Shown here piece after piece: positions 27,981 through 36,996 of a stretch of DNA of 51,153 bases (within the stretch, counting starts at the first letter, position 1; each line of letters starts with the position of its first letter). The DNA is taken from NCBI GenBank assembly GCA_027336365.1, contig DAHWFY010000002.1:1-51153 (forward strand), written 5' to 3'. Under the pieces are notes generated by a model, which did no database searches, had not been told where the DNA came from, and was given only the letters and a program-made list of their open reading frames with translations. This DNA is from Bacillota bacterium. Its GTDB lineage: Bacteria > Bacillota > Bacilli > Alicyclobacillales > Alicyclobacillaceae. Both the position numbers and the translations under genes were made by a program.

Positions 27981-28997
27981 TCACGCCTCCGGCAATGCCA
28001 ATTCAACTTGTTTGGTCACTCGTTCCATCACTTCTCGGAGTGACCCTGAAACGGTGCAACCCGCTGCCCGCGTGTGACCTCCACCGGCAAATATTTGAGA
28101 AATCTTGGCCACGTCAACCGTGCGTTTAGAACGAAGAGACACTTTAATCCGCTGATCTAAAGTTTCCCGGAACAATATCCCCACTTCTACCGTATCAATG
28201 CTACGAGCGAATCCCACCAACCCCTCTGCATCATCGTCGGTACAGCCGGTACTATCCAACATCTCCCGAGTCACAAACATGGTGGCGTAACGACCATCCG
28301 TCGACAGGGTGAGATGGGACAAAGCCAACTGCAACAACCTTATTTGCTCCCAGGTGCGGGACTCCAAGGCCGGTTCCGCCACATCGTAAGGTCGCACTCC
28401 CCCAGCCAAAAGTTCTGCGGCAATCTGATGAACTTCGCGAGTGGTGTTGGGTAGAGCAAATCCACCCGTATCTGTCAAGATGCCCGTATACAGGCACATG
28501 GCGATGTCCTCGTCCAACGTCACCTCCAATGCACGTACCACGTGATAAACCAGCTCACAGGTGGCAGCAGCTTGAGGATCCACCACAGAGACGGTGCCAT
28601 ATCCGGGATTGGTCTGATGGTGGTCAATGTTCACCAATACGGGGTTTTTCTCAATGTACCCATTGGCGTAGGCATAACGGTGAACATCTGCACAATCCAC
28701 CGCTATCACCTGCGTAAACTGACGGTCTGGCACGGTTTGCACTCGGCTCACCGCGTCATACCAGGGCAAAAACGAAAACCTTACAGGCAAAGGATCTTCA
28801 ACCAATACCCGCCATGTCTTCCCTAAAACTGAGAGCAGGGACGCGACAGCCAAGGCACTGCCAATGGCATCCCCGTCGGGTCTTTCGTGGGTGACAATCA
28901 ACCAATCATTCCCCGCCGCAATGGTGTCGGCCACTTGCTGAACCCGCTCCAACTGGCGGGGTATTGGTTGCCAACTTGCCCTGGTTGCTTGTACCAA
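27981..28997 (-). CDS. nrnA: DHH/DHHA1 phosphoesterase (NrnA-like oligoribonuclease/PAP phosphatase)
   Basis: THERPDGDAIGS, VDC, IDHH, TDTGGF, SLRS and GGGH motifs; TTG start at 28997 with GGAGG. Confidence 0.9.
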   Translation of the reverse strand: MVQATRASWQPIPRQLERVQQVADTIAAGNDWLIVTHERPDGDAIGSALAVASLLSVLGKTWRVLVEDPLPVRFSFLPWYDAVSRVQTVPDRQFTQVIAVDCADVHRYAYANGYIEKNPVLVNIDHHQTNPGYGTVSVVDPQAAATCELVYHVVRALEVTLDEDIAMCLYTGILTDTGGFALPNTTREVHQIAAELLAGGVRPYDVAEPALESRTWEQIRLLQLALSHLTLSTDGRYATMFVTREMLDSTGCTDDDAEGLVGFARSIDTVEVGILFRETLDQRIKVSLRSKRTVDVAKISQIFAGGGHTRAAGCTVSGSLREVMERVTKQVELALPEA

Positions 28998-29019
28998 ATC
29001 CCTTGCCTCCCCGGACAAT

Positions 29020-29409
29020 TTATGTCTTATCGGAACCATCCTGTGCCGTATCAGCAGCATCCCCCTCCCGTTGATGGAGAGACCGCAACACCGACTCAAT
29101 GTGAGCACTGTACTCCTCTGATTCATCCAGCCTCCAAGCCAATTCTGGGGCAACCCGCAAACGCAGACGACGCCCCACCTCACCCCGGATGTATCCTTTG
29201 GCCCGTTCCAATGCCGCCAGGCTTGCTCTTTTTGTTTCCTCGTCACCAAACACGCTGACATACACTTTGCCATACTGTAAATCATCACTCAGATCCACTT
29301 TGGTTACCGTAGCAAAGCCAATCCGCGGGTCTTTCAAGTCTGCGCCGAGAATCCCCGCAATTTCCTTCTTCATTTGTTCTGCGGCTCGTTGACTCCGAAT
29401 GCGCGTCAT
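29020..29409 (-). CDS. rbfA: Ribosome-binding factor A
   Basis: KDPRIGFATVTKVDLSDDL..KVYVS and RLRLRVAPEL motifs; ATG at 29409 with GGAGG. Confidence 0.96.
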   Translation of the reverse strand: MTRIRSQRAAEQMKKEIAGILGADLKDPRIGFATVTKVDLSDDLQYGKVYVSVFGDEETKRASLAALERAKGYIRGEVGRRLRLRVAPELAWRLDESEEYSAHIESVLRSLHQREGDAADTAQDGSDKT

Positions 29410-29442
29410 CAATGCAACCTCCCGGGATTCGTTCATGCCCCT

Positions 29443-32397
29443 TTATTGTGTCTTGACGGCCTCCATTTTAAAGACCTCCAGAACGTCTCCCACCTTAATA
29501 TCGTTAAACTTCTCCAAGGTAATACCGCACTCAAAACCAGTGGCCACCTCGCGAGCATCATCCTTAAACCGCTTGAGGGAGTCTAAGTTCCCTTCATACA
29601 CCACTACTCCGTCGCGAACAATGCGACATTCGGCATCCCGAGTTACCTTCCCGTCCGTTACATAGCAACCGGCAACCGTACCAATGCGGGAAATGTGAAA
29701 TGTTTGGCGCACCTCCGCGTGACCCAAAACAACCTCTTTTTCCTCGGGATCCAACATCCCCCGCATGGCCGCTTCAAGTTCCTCGGTGACATTGTAAATA
29801 ACCCGATACAAGCGGACATCCACCTGTTCAGCCTCGGCCGCTCTGCGTGCGTTCACGTCGGGTCTCACATGAAAGCCAATGATAATGGCGTTGGAAGCGC
29901 TGGCCAAAGATACATCCGATTCCGTAATGGCTCCCGCACCTTTGTGAATCACCTTCACGCGTACACCCTCAATTTCAATTTTTTCGATGGATTGCACCAA
30001 GGCTTCCACAGACCCCTGGACATCCGCCTTGACAATCACATTCAGTTCCTTGACATTGCCTTCTTTGATCTGTCGGTACAAGTCATCCAGAGTGACGCGA
30101 GAGGTTGTCTGCATCTGTTCAACCTTCTCCCGACTCAGTCGCTTATCCGCCAGATTCCGGGCTGGCCGCTCGTCATCATACACCACGAACAAGTCCCCCG
30201 CACTGGGTACCCCACCAAGTCCCTGAATTTCAACAGGTGTGGAGGGCCCAGCCTCTTTAATCCGCTTGCTCCGGTCATTAATCATAGCCCGAACATGCCC
30301 GTAGGTGGTTCCGGCCACCACCACGTCGCCAATTCGCAAAGTCCCATTCTGCACCAATACCGTGGCCACAGGTCCACGTCCCCGATCCAGTTTCGCCTCA
30401 ATCACGGTTCCCCGCGGACGCGCATGGGGATTGGCCTTCACCTCGCGCAAATCGGTCACCAACAACACCATTTCCAACAAGTTATCTAAGCCTTCCCGTT
30501 TCAAAGCGGAGATTTCTACAAAGACTGTATCGCCGCCCCACTCCTCGGCCACCAGCCCATGCTGAGTCAATTCCTGTTTGACTCGGTCCGGATTGGCCCC
30601 CGGTTTGTCAACCTTGTTGATGGCGACAATAATCGGCACATTAGCGGCATTGGCGTGATTGATGGCCTCGACAGTTTGTGGCATGACACCATCATCAGCC
30701 GCCACCACGAGAATGGTAATGTCCGTCACCTGAGCTCCGCGCGCTCTCATCGTGGTAAATGCCTCATGACCCGGCGTATCCAGAAATGTGATTTTCCGAC
30801 CATTCACTTCAACTTGGTAGGCACCAATGTGCTGGGTAATACCCCCAGACTCTGTGGCAGTCACATGACTGTCCCGAATGGCGTCCAACAAAGTCGTCTT
30901 GCCATGATCCACGTGCCCCATAATCGTGACCACCGGCGGACGTGGCTGTAAATCCTCTGGCTTGTCTTCTTGCATTAACATATCCAGAGCCTCTTCGTCC
31001 ACCGGCTCTACCACGTTTAATTTCACCTTATATTCGGAAGCAATCAGTTCCATGGCGTCCGTATCAATTTCCTGATTGATAGTTGCCATGACACCAAGAA
31101 ACAACAGCTTCTTGATGATATCCGATGGTTCACGTTTGATGAGCTTAGCGAAATCGGCCACGGTTTGCGGTCCCTCCACCGTTACCTCTTGGGGCAGCTC
31201 AACACGGGGAATGTTCCGGTTCACCCCGTTTTCTCCGCTCGGACGACGGCGACTCCGATTACGAACCAGTTTATCCTCATTAAATCCCTCTTTGCGATCC
31301 CGATAGTCCGTTTGCTTTCTCTCTCGTTCTTTCTCCTTTGCCTTCGCCGTCGCGCTCACTGGTTTCACCGAACCAGAACCCGTTCCAGAGCCTGCAACGC
31401 CCGCTGGACGAGATGCGCTGCTGAATCGGCTGCTGGCCCGATCCGACCCAACACCGGCCCGTCGACCCGACCGGTCACCACCACCGTTGTTCCCGCCACG
31501 CGCTGGACTACTGCGGTCACCACTGTAGCCGCCCGTCCGCGCTCCTCCGGTGCTGCCACTGCGCGCGCCGCCACTGCGGTCACCGCTGTAGCCGCCTGTC
31601 CGCGTGCCTCCGGTGTTTCCAGCCCCTGGAGTTCCACTTCCGGTTGTGGAACGTACGGGCCGAACTCGATGCTCACCCAAACTGTCTTGACTGGGACTTT
31701 CTGTTCCCCGATTGTCGCGAACCCCATCACTTGTGATACTCTGGCCTCTATTTTGTTCCCGCTCATTTGTGGAGCCTGTCACGGGGGTCAGCCCTTGATG
31801 CTGCTCCTGGGAACCGTTCGCCACACCGACGGATGTGTCCGTCTGAGGTTCTCCGTCAACCTCCACCCTTTCTATAGCACTTCCTGAAAGGGTTCGGGTC
31901 GCTTGCATTGCAGCGGCTACCGAACGACTATCGGCCCCGGCGGCTAAGGTCCCCGTGCCTGTCAAACCAGAACTCCGTTGCCCCTCTTGCCGTCGAACAC
32001 CGCTCATGCCATTCATCCCATCCGTCCTTCTTCCACCCCAATAATCCTTGTCATCAGTTTGAATGCGACTCGCGCCGGTGCCTCCACTGGTCCGACTCCC
32101 ATTTCCTGAGGAATGTTTGTTCTCCTGATTGTTTCTTTGCTCCGTCCCCGCAGACCGAGCATTACGCTCCCGTTGTCGCTGCTTCTCTCGGAGTTCTTTT
32201 TCCACCTCGGTCGCATGGCGCTGGGCGGCGCGTTGTTTCACCTCTGAAAAAAATCGTTCCACTTTCTCCACCATTTCCGGGTCCATGACACTCATATGGT
32301 TAGCGACCGGAACATCCAGTCGACTGAGAATTGTTAGGATCTCTTTTGAGGACATATTCAATTGTTTGGCGTACTCATACACCCGCAATTTCGTCAA
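29443..32397 (-). CDS. infB: Translation initiation factor IF-2 (984 aa, long disordered N-terminal region)
   Basis: RVYEYAK N-terminal domain, [28 protein letters not shown] and NKVD motifs. Confidence 0.98.
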   Translation of the reverse strand: MTKLRVYEYAKQLNMSSKEILTILSRLDVPVANHMSVMDPEMVEKVERFFSEVKQRAAQRHATEVEKELREKQRQRERNARSAGTEQRNNQENKHSSGNGSRTSGGTGASRIQTDDKDYWGGRRTDGMNGMSGVRRQEGQRSSGLTGTGTLAAGADSRSVAAAMQATRTLSGSAIERVEVDGEPQTDTSVGVANGSQEQHQGLTPVTGSTNEREQNRGQSITSDGVRDNRGTESPSQDSLGEHRVRPVRSTTGSGTPGAGNTGGTRTGGYSGDRSGGARSGSTGGARTGGYSGDRSSPARGGNNGGGDRSGRRAGVGSDRASSRFSSASRPAGVAGSGTGSGSVKPVSATAKAKEKERERKQTDYRDRKEGFNEDKLVRNRSRRRPSGENGVNRNIPRVELPQEVTVEGPQTVADFAKLIKREPSDIIKKLLFLGVMATINQEIDTDAMELIASEYKVKLNVVEPVDEEALDMLMQEDKPEDLQPRPPVVTIMGHVDHGKTTLLDAIRDSHVTATESGGITQHIGAYQVEVNGRKITFLDTPGHEAFTTMRARGAQVTDITILVVAADDGVMPQTVEAINHANAANVPIIVAINKVDKPGANPDRVKQELTQHGLVAEEWGGDTVFVEISALKREGLDNLLEMVLLVTDLREVKANPHARPRGTVIEAKLDRGRGPVATVLVQNGTLRIGDVVVAGTTYGHVRAMINDRSKRIKEAGPSTPVEIQGLGGVPSAGDLFVVYDDERPARNLADKRLSREKVEQMQTTSRVTLDDLYRQIKEGNVKELNVIVKADVQGSVEALVQSIEKIEIEGVRVKVIHKGAGAITESDVSLASASNAIIIGFHVRPDVNARRAAEAEQVDVRLYRVIYNVTEELEAAMRGMLDPEEKEVVLGHAEVRQTFHISRIGTVAGCYVTDGKVTRDAECRIVRDGVVVYEGNLDSLKRFKDDAREVATGFECGITLEKFNDIKVGDVLEVFKMEAVKTQ
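31510..31615 (-). repeat. Intragenic duplication in infB (43-bp core, 63-bp period) encoding [14 protein letters not shown] twice
   Basis: 31510-31552 and 31573-31615 are near-identical. Confidence 0.85.
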
Positions 32398-32725
32398 TCA
32401 CTTCACCCCCGCTTAAATCTCGCAAATCCGCCAATATCCTTTGGGCAAACCCGGGGTCTGTTATCGCGATTGTAACCACTTGGGACTTTCCACATGCAGT
32501 CCCCAGAGTCACCCGATCCACCCCCTTTGCCAACGGAACTCCGTAATAAGCGCACTTGTCCGCAACCTTTTTCGCCCCGTTCGCTCCCGTATCGGCCGCC
32601 ATGATAACCAGACTGGCCTTTCTTTCACGAATGGCCGCGAGAACAGCTTCCTGCCCTATTTTCCCTTGGCCCGCTCGGACGGCCATTCCCAGCCGTTGCA
32701 ACCATCGCTTACTCGGATCTGGCAA
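32375..32725 (-). CDS. ylxQ: L7Ae family RNA-binding protein YlxQ
   Basis: [23 protein letters not shown] and AITDPGFA motifs; lies between ylxR and infB. Confidence 0.9.
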   Translation of the reverse strand: MPDPSKRWLQRLGMAVRAGQGKIGQEAVLAAIRERKASLVIMAADTGANGAKKVADKCAYYGVPLAKGVDRVTLGTACGKSQVVTIAITDPGFAQRILADLRDLSGGEVIDEIAGV

Positions 32726-32999
32726 TGCCCTTCCCCTCCTGCAGTTGGTTTGCCAAACTGTCCAACACCTCTGCCGGAATGCCGGTTTTTAAAGCCCGTT
32801 CCAAGGACTTGCGCTTGCGAGCCTGCTTCAAGCACTCTAGGTCTGGACACAAATAAGCGCCTCGCCCATTGCGCTTGCCAGTCTTGTCGATAACGACATC
32901 CCCTTCTGGGGTTAAGACCACACGAATCAGTTCCCGCTTGGGTCGCATCGTCTGGCAACCCACACACTTACGCAACGGCACTTTGCGCACCCGCTGCAT
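32709..32999 (-). CDS. ylxR: YlxR (DUF448) RNA-binding protein
   Basis: RKVPLRKCVGC, KRELIRVV and GRGAYLC motifs. Confidence 0.93.
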   Translation of the reverse strand: MQRVRKVPLRKCVGCQTMRPKRELIRVVLTPEGDVVIDKTGKRNGRGAYLCPDLECLKQARKRKSLERALKTGIPAEVLDSLANQLQEGKGIARSE

Positions 33000-33047
33000 C
33001 CGCAATCCCCCAATCAATCCTTACTGAGACTGGCGCATCGCCAGCGT

Positions 33048-34166
33048 TCAAGGTTCATGCAACCAATCGGACGACAGAGTACCCACGTCTTCTTCTTCCA
33101 TGTCAACTGTCAGACGCCCAAACATCCCCAACTCTGCGGCTTGAGTTTCACTTTTAATATCAATTTTCCAACCAGTTAGTTTCGCTGCCAAGCGGGCGTT
33201 TTGACCCTCTTTGCCGATGGCCAGAGACAACTGATAATCCGGAACAATGGCCCTGGCAACCTTGTTTGGTTCGAGGATTTGCACGTTCACCACTTTCGCC
33301 GGGGATAGACTATTCCCCACCCACTCTTGTGCATCATCGCTCCACTTGATGATATCGATTTTTTCTCCGCTGAGTTCATTCACAACCGCCTGAACTCGTA
33401 ACCCTCGTGCACCCACGCAGGCGCCGATGGGATCCACCTCCGGATTGCGCGAGTGAACGGCAATTTTTGAGCGGTAACCGGCCTCCCTGGCGACGGATTT
33501 GATTTCCACAACCCCGTCATAAATCTCCGGAACCTCCAGTTCAAACAACCGTTTTAAAAGCCCAGGGTGGGTGCGTGACACCACCACCTGCGGACCTTTG
33601 CTGGTCCGCTCAACTCTGGCAATGTACGCCTTGATCCGGTCTCCCGGTTTCAATCGGTCTGTAGGCATTTGTTCCGACAGTGGCAACACAGCCTCCGTTT
33701 CACCCACATCCACATAAGCGGCCCGACCGTCAACCCGTTGTACTACACCGTTGACGATATCCGACTCCCTGTCGACAAACTTGTGGTATATAATGGAGCG
33801 TTCAGCCTCACGAATTTTCTGCGTGACCACCTGTTTTGCCGTCTGAGCCGCGATGCGCCCAAAATCTCTGGGAGTCACCTCAATTTCCACAACATCTCCC
33901 AATTGGTAATGGGGGTCCATATCAAGAGCCGTGTCCAGAGAAATATCCAAATGGGGATTGTTGGGCTCCTCAACCACCGTCTTGCGGGCGAATACATGCA
34001 CCTCTCCCGACTCGCGACCAATCTCCACCCGTACGTTGGGTGCCGAATTAAAATTCCGCTTATAACCAGAAATCAAAGCTGCCTCTATGGCCTCTAAAAG
34101 TGTGTCTTTGTCAATTCCTTTTTCCTTTTGTAACTGCTCCAATGCTTCCATAAACTCGACGTTCAT
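33048..34166 (-). CDS. nusA: Transcription termination/antitermination factor NusA
   Basis: FGRIAAQTAKQV, S1 domain, AREAGYRSKIAV and LAIGKEGQNARLA motifs. Confidence 0.98.
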   Translation of the reverse strand: MNVEFMEALEQLQKEKGIDKDTLLEAIEAALISGYKRNFNSAPNVRVEIGRESGEVHVFARKTVVEEPNNPHLDISLDTALDMDPHYQLGDVVEIEVTPRDFGRIAAQTAKQVVTQKIREAERSIIYHKFVDRESDIVNGVVQRVDGRAAYVDVGETEAVLPLSEQMPTDRLKPGDRIKAYIARVERTSKGPQVVVSRTHPGLLKRLFELEVPEIYDGVVEIKSVAREAGYRSKIAVHSRNPEVDPIGACVGARGLRVQAVVNELSGEKIDIIKWSDDAQEWVGNSLSPAKVVNVQILEPNKVARAIVPDYQLSLAIGKEGQNARLAAKLTGWKIDIKSETQAAELGMFGRLTVDMEEEDVGTLSSDWLHEP

Positions 34167-34209
34167 GGAACGATTGCCCCCCCTCTCCCTTCCGCCCAGG
34201 GTCCTGCCC

Positions 34210-34683
34210 TTAAAATTGCACCGCTAAATGGGCAGAGGCGACCCTTGCAGATGGAATCACCACTTCAATAGTCTTGGTCATATGCTTGACCGCCAAGGTC
34301 AGGCCAGATTCGTCGTAGTGGACCAGCACTCCGGACAGAGTTTTCTGACCTTCCATAGGTTCGTACAAACCCACACTCACATAAGATCCGATGGCTCTTT
34401 GAAAATCCCGAGGTTTTTTCAGAGGTCGCTCAGCCCCAGGAGACGACACCTCGAAGAAATAGGCAGTAGGAATGGGATCCACCTCATCCAACCGATCCGA
34501 CAGAGCCTCACTGACTCTGCTGCAATCGTCCAGATCCACTCCCCCCGACTTGTCGATGAATACCCGTAGGTACCAATTGTCGCCTTCTTTTTTGTACTCA
34601 ACGTCCACAAGTTCTACCCCGGCCGTTGCTACAATGGGTTCCGCCAGCCTCTCCACGATGTCCGCCACTCGTTCCTTTGGCAC
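34210..34683 (-). CDS. rimP: Ribosome maturation factor RimP
   Basis: LRVFIDKSGGVDLDDC and EVSSPGAERPL motifs. Confidence 0.96.
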   Translation of the reverse strand: MPKERVADIVERLAEPIVATAGVELVDVEYKKEGDNWYLRVFIDKSGGVDLDDCSRVSEALSDRLDEVDPIPTAYFFEVSSPGAERPLKKPRDFQRAIGSYVSVGLYEPMEGQKTLSGVLVHYDESGLTLAVKHMTKTIEVVIPSARVASAHLAVQF

Positions 34684-34795
34684 AGAGCTACCTCCTTCAA
34701 ACCTCGTCTAAACCCATCTCACGTTCCATAACGGCGGTTTTTGGGCAGACGAGCAATGCGCAGATCTGCACTACCCAAACTTGCCACATCATAGA

Positions 34796-34826
34796 GCGAA
34801 GAGTGGGGAAAACCCCCACTCTTCGC
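34796..34826 (-). promoter_or_regulatory. rimP-nusA leader hairpin
   Basis: Perfect 13-bp stem GCGAAGAGTGGGG/CCCCACTCTTCGC; a similar AAGAGTGGG/CCCACTCTT hairpin precedes rimP in many Firmicutes. Confidence 0.65.
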
Positions 34827-34855
34827 GCACAACCTATACGAAGCCTAACGTTTCG

Positions 34856-34884
34856 AGTATAGCATTAACATCCACTGTGTGCAA
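34856..34884 (-). promoter_or_regulatory. SigA promoter of the rimP-nusA-infB operon
   Basis: TTGCAC-17 nt-TATACT with extended -10 TG. Confidence 0.7.
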
Positions 34885-34966
34885 ACTATGTTTGCCCACT
34901 CCATTGCATCTGTTTTGACTCCTGTGTTATGTTCAGTAACGCATATACCTAATGGAGGCCTTCAAT

Positions 34967-36814
34967 ATGGAAACCAGTGTCAATGAGCAGTTGCGCAATG
35001 TGGCGATTGTTGCTCACGTGGATCACGGGAAAACCAGTCTCGTGGACCAGTTGCTTCGCCAATCCGGCTTGTTTAGAAAGAATGAAACCCTCCAAGAACG
35101 GGCGATGGACTCGGATGACCTCGAACGGGAACGGGGGATAACCATTCTGGCAAAGACCACGTCGATTCCGTACCAGGGCATCAAAATTAATATTGTAGAC
35201 ACTCCCGGTCATGCAGACTTCAGTGGTGAAGTGGAACGAATTGTGAAAATGGTGGACGGAGTTCTGCTGGTTGTTGACGCCTTTGAGGGGGTGATGCCCC
35301 AGACGAAATTTGTGCTGCAAAAGGCCCTTGCCGAGGGTCTGACTCCCATTGTGGTGATTAACAAGATGGACCGGGACAATGCGCGCCCTGCGGAAGTTGT
35401 GGACGAAGTGCTGGACCTGTTCATCGAACTTGGGGCCAGAGAGGAACAATGTGAGTTCCCTGTAGTCTACACTTCTGCGGTAAAGGGAACAGCCAGCCTT
35501 GACCCCAACCAAACTGAGGGAAATATGGAGCCCCTGTTTGATGCCATTGTGCGTCACATCCCTGGCCCCACCGTTGAAGCCAATGGACCCCTGCAACTGC
35601 AGGTGGCCATTCTGGACTACAATGAATTTCTTGGACGCATTGGCATCGGAAGGGTTTTTCGCGGACAAGTCACTGCCGGCCAGAACGTGCAAGTGGTACG
35701 TCGGGATGGTTCCTTGCAACGAGGTCGGATTGCTAAACTGTACGGCTTCGAAGGACTGCGCCGCGTAGAAATTGACAGCGCCGAAGCGGGAGATATCGTG
35801 GCCATCACCGGTATTGAAGGTCTGACGGTTGGAGAAACCGTGTGTCACCCCGAAACCCCCGAGGCCCTACCTTTGGTGGGAATTGAGGAACCCACTTTGC
35901 AGATGGCCTTTCATGTCAACGATAGTCCTTTTGCTGGTCAAGAAGGGACCTATGTGACATCACGAAAATTACGAGAGCGTCTGTTTGCGGAATTAGAGTC
36001 CGATGTCAGCCTAAAAGTGGAAGAGACGGCAGACGCCGACACGTTTTTGGTCTCCAGCAGAGGAGAACTGCACTTATCCATCTTGATTGAAAAAATGCGT
36101 CGGGATGGCTACGAGATGCAAGTGGCCAAACCTCATGTCATTGTTAAAAAACTGCAGGGAACCACTCTGGAACCCTTAGAATGGTTGGTAGTGGAAACGC
36201 CCGGCGATGTGACTGGCAGTGTGATTGAGGCCTTGGGACTCCGCAAAGCCGAAATGCAGAAATTACAGCCCCTTGCAGATGGCTTGACGACACGCATGGA
36301 ATTCACCGCCCCCATGCGCGGTCTGATTGGCTTTCGAACGGAATTTTTAACGCTCACACGAGGTTATGGCATTATGCACCACAGTTTTCATGAATACGGA
36401 CCCTGGCGAGGAGAGGTCACCACACGGCGACAGGGAGTGCTAGTGGCCAGTGAGACAGGGGTGGCTACCGCGTATAGCCTACAAAATCTAGAAGACCGTG
36501 GTATCATGTTCATTCGGCCCGGCACACAAGTCTATGAGGGTATGATTGTCGGAGAGCATACTCGTGAGAACGACATTACCATCAATATTACTCGCCAAAA
36601 ACATATGACCAATGTGCGGTCTGCGACAAAAGAAGAGACTTCCCGTCTGAAGACTCCTCGTGAACTCACCCTGGAGTCCGCCATCACTTACATTGCAGAT
36701 GACGAATTTTGCGAAATCACACCCAAAAGTCTACGCCTGCGCAAACGGGTGCTAAACAAGAGTGAACGGGAAAAACAGTCGCGACGCAGCAAAACAGCCA
36801 CCATGGCGGAATAA
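34967..36814 (+). CDS. typA: Translational GTPase TypA/BipA
   Basis: [42 protein letters not shown] and [11 protein letters not shown] motifs; ATG at 34967 with GGAGG. Confidence 0.97.
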   Translation: METSVNEQLRNVAIVAHVDHGKTSLVDQLLRQSGLFRKNETLQERAMDSDDLERERGITILAKTTSIPYQGIKINIVDTPGHADFSGEVERIVKMVDGVLLVVDAFEGVMPQTKFVLQKALAEGLTPIVVINKMDRDNARPAEVVDEVLDLFIELGAREEQCEFPVVYTSAVKGTASLDPNQTEGNMEPLFDAIVRHIPGPTVEANGPLQLQVAILDYNEFLGRIGIGRVFRGQVTAGQNVQVVRRDGSLQRGRIAKLYGFEGLRRVEIDSAEAGDIVAITGIEGLTVGETVCHPETPEALPLVGIEEPTLQMAFHVNDSPFAGQEGTYVTSRKLRERLFAELESDVSLKVEETADADTFLVSSRGELHLSILIEKMRRDGYEMQVAKPHVIVKKLQGTTLEPLEWLVVETPGDVTGSVIEALGLRKAEMQKLQPLADGLTTRMEFTAPMRGLIGFRTEFLTLTRGYGIMHHSFHEYGPWRGEVTTRRQGVLVASETGVATAYSLQNLEDRGIMFIRPGTQVYEGMIVGEHTRENDITINITRQKHMTNVRSATKEETSRLKTPRELTLESAITYIADDEFCEITPKSLRLRKRVLNKSEREKQSRRSKTATMAE

Positions 36815-36828
36815 CAGAAAAACCTGAC

Positions 36829-36963
36829 GAGATTATCCGAGACGCATCCGGCCAACCCAAAAAGCCCCCAGTGGGGAGCTTTTTGGGTTGGTTCGCACTG
36901 CTCGGATTTGACCTCACCCCTTGTACTGTTTGGATTTGACCTCACCCCTTCCCGGGCACACAC
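36829..36963 (-). mobile_element. Degenerate inverted family B MITE with a 28-bp internal tandem duplication
   Basis: 36932-36963 matches the reverse complement of 17392-17423 at 25/32; GGATTTGACCTCACCCCTT occurs at 36904-36922 and 36932-36950. Confidence 0.65.
36852..36891. terminator. Probable bidirectional terminator hairpin between convergent typA and polC
   Basis: CCAACCCAAAAAGC-CCCCAGTGGGGA-GCTTTTTGGGTTGG. Confidence 0.75.
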
Positions 36964-36996
36964 CTTTAGGCGCTGATTTGGCTGTATGTCGTAGCT

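Noticed and set aside
29695-30489. 264-aa plus-strand ORF
   Set aside because: Antisense shadow of the conserved infB region; no motif or RBS.
34949-35848. 299-aa minus-strand ORF
   Set aside because: Antisense shadow of typA, a common artefact opposite translational GTPase genes.
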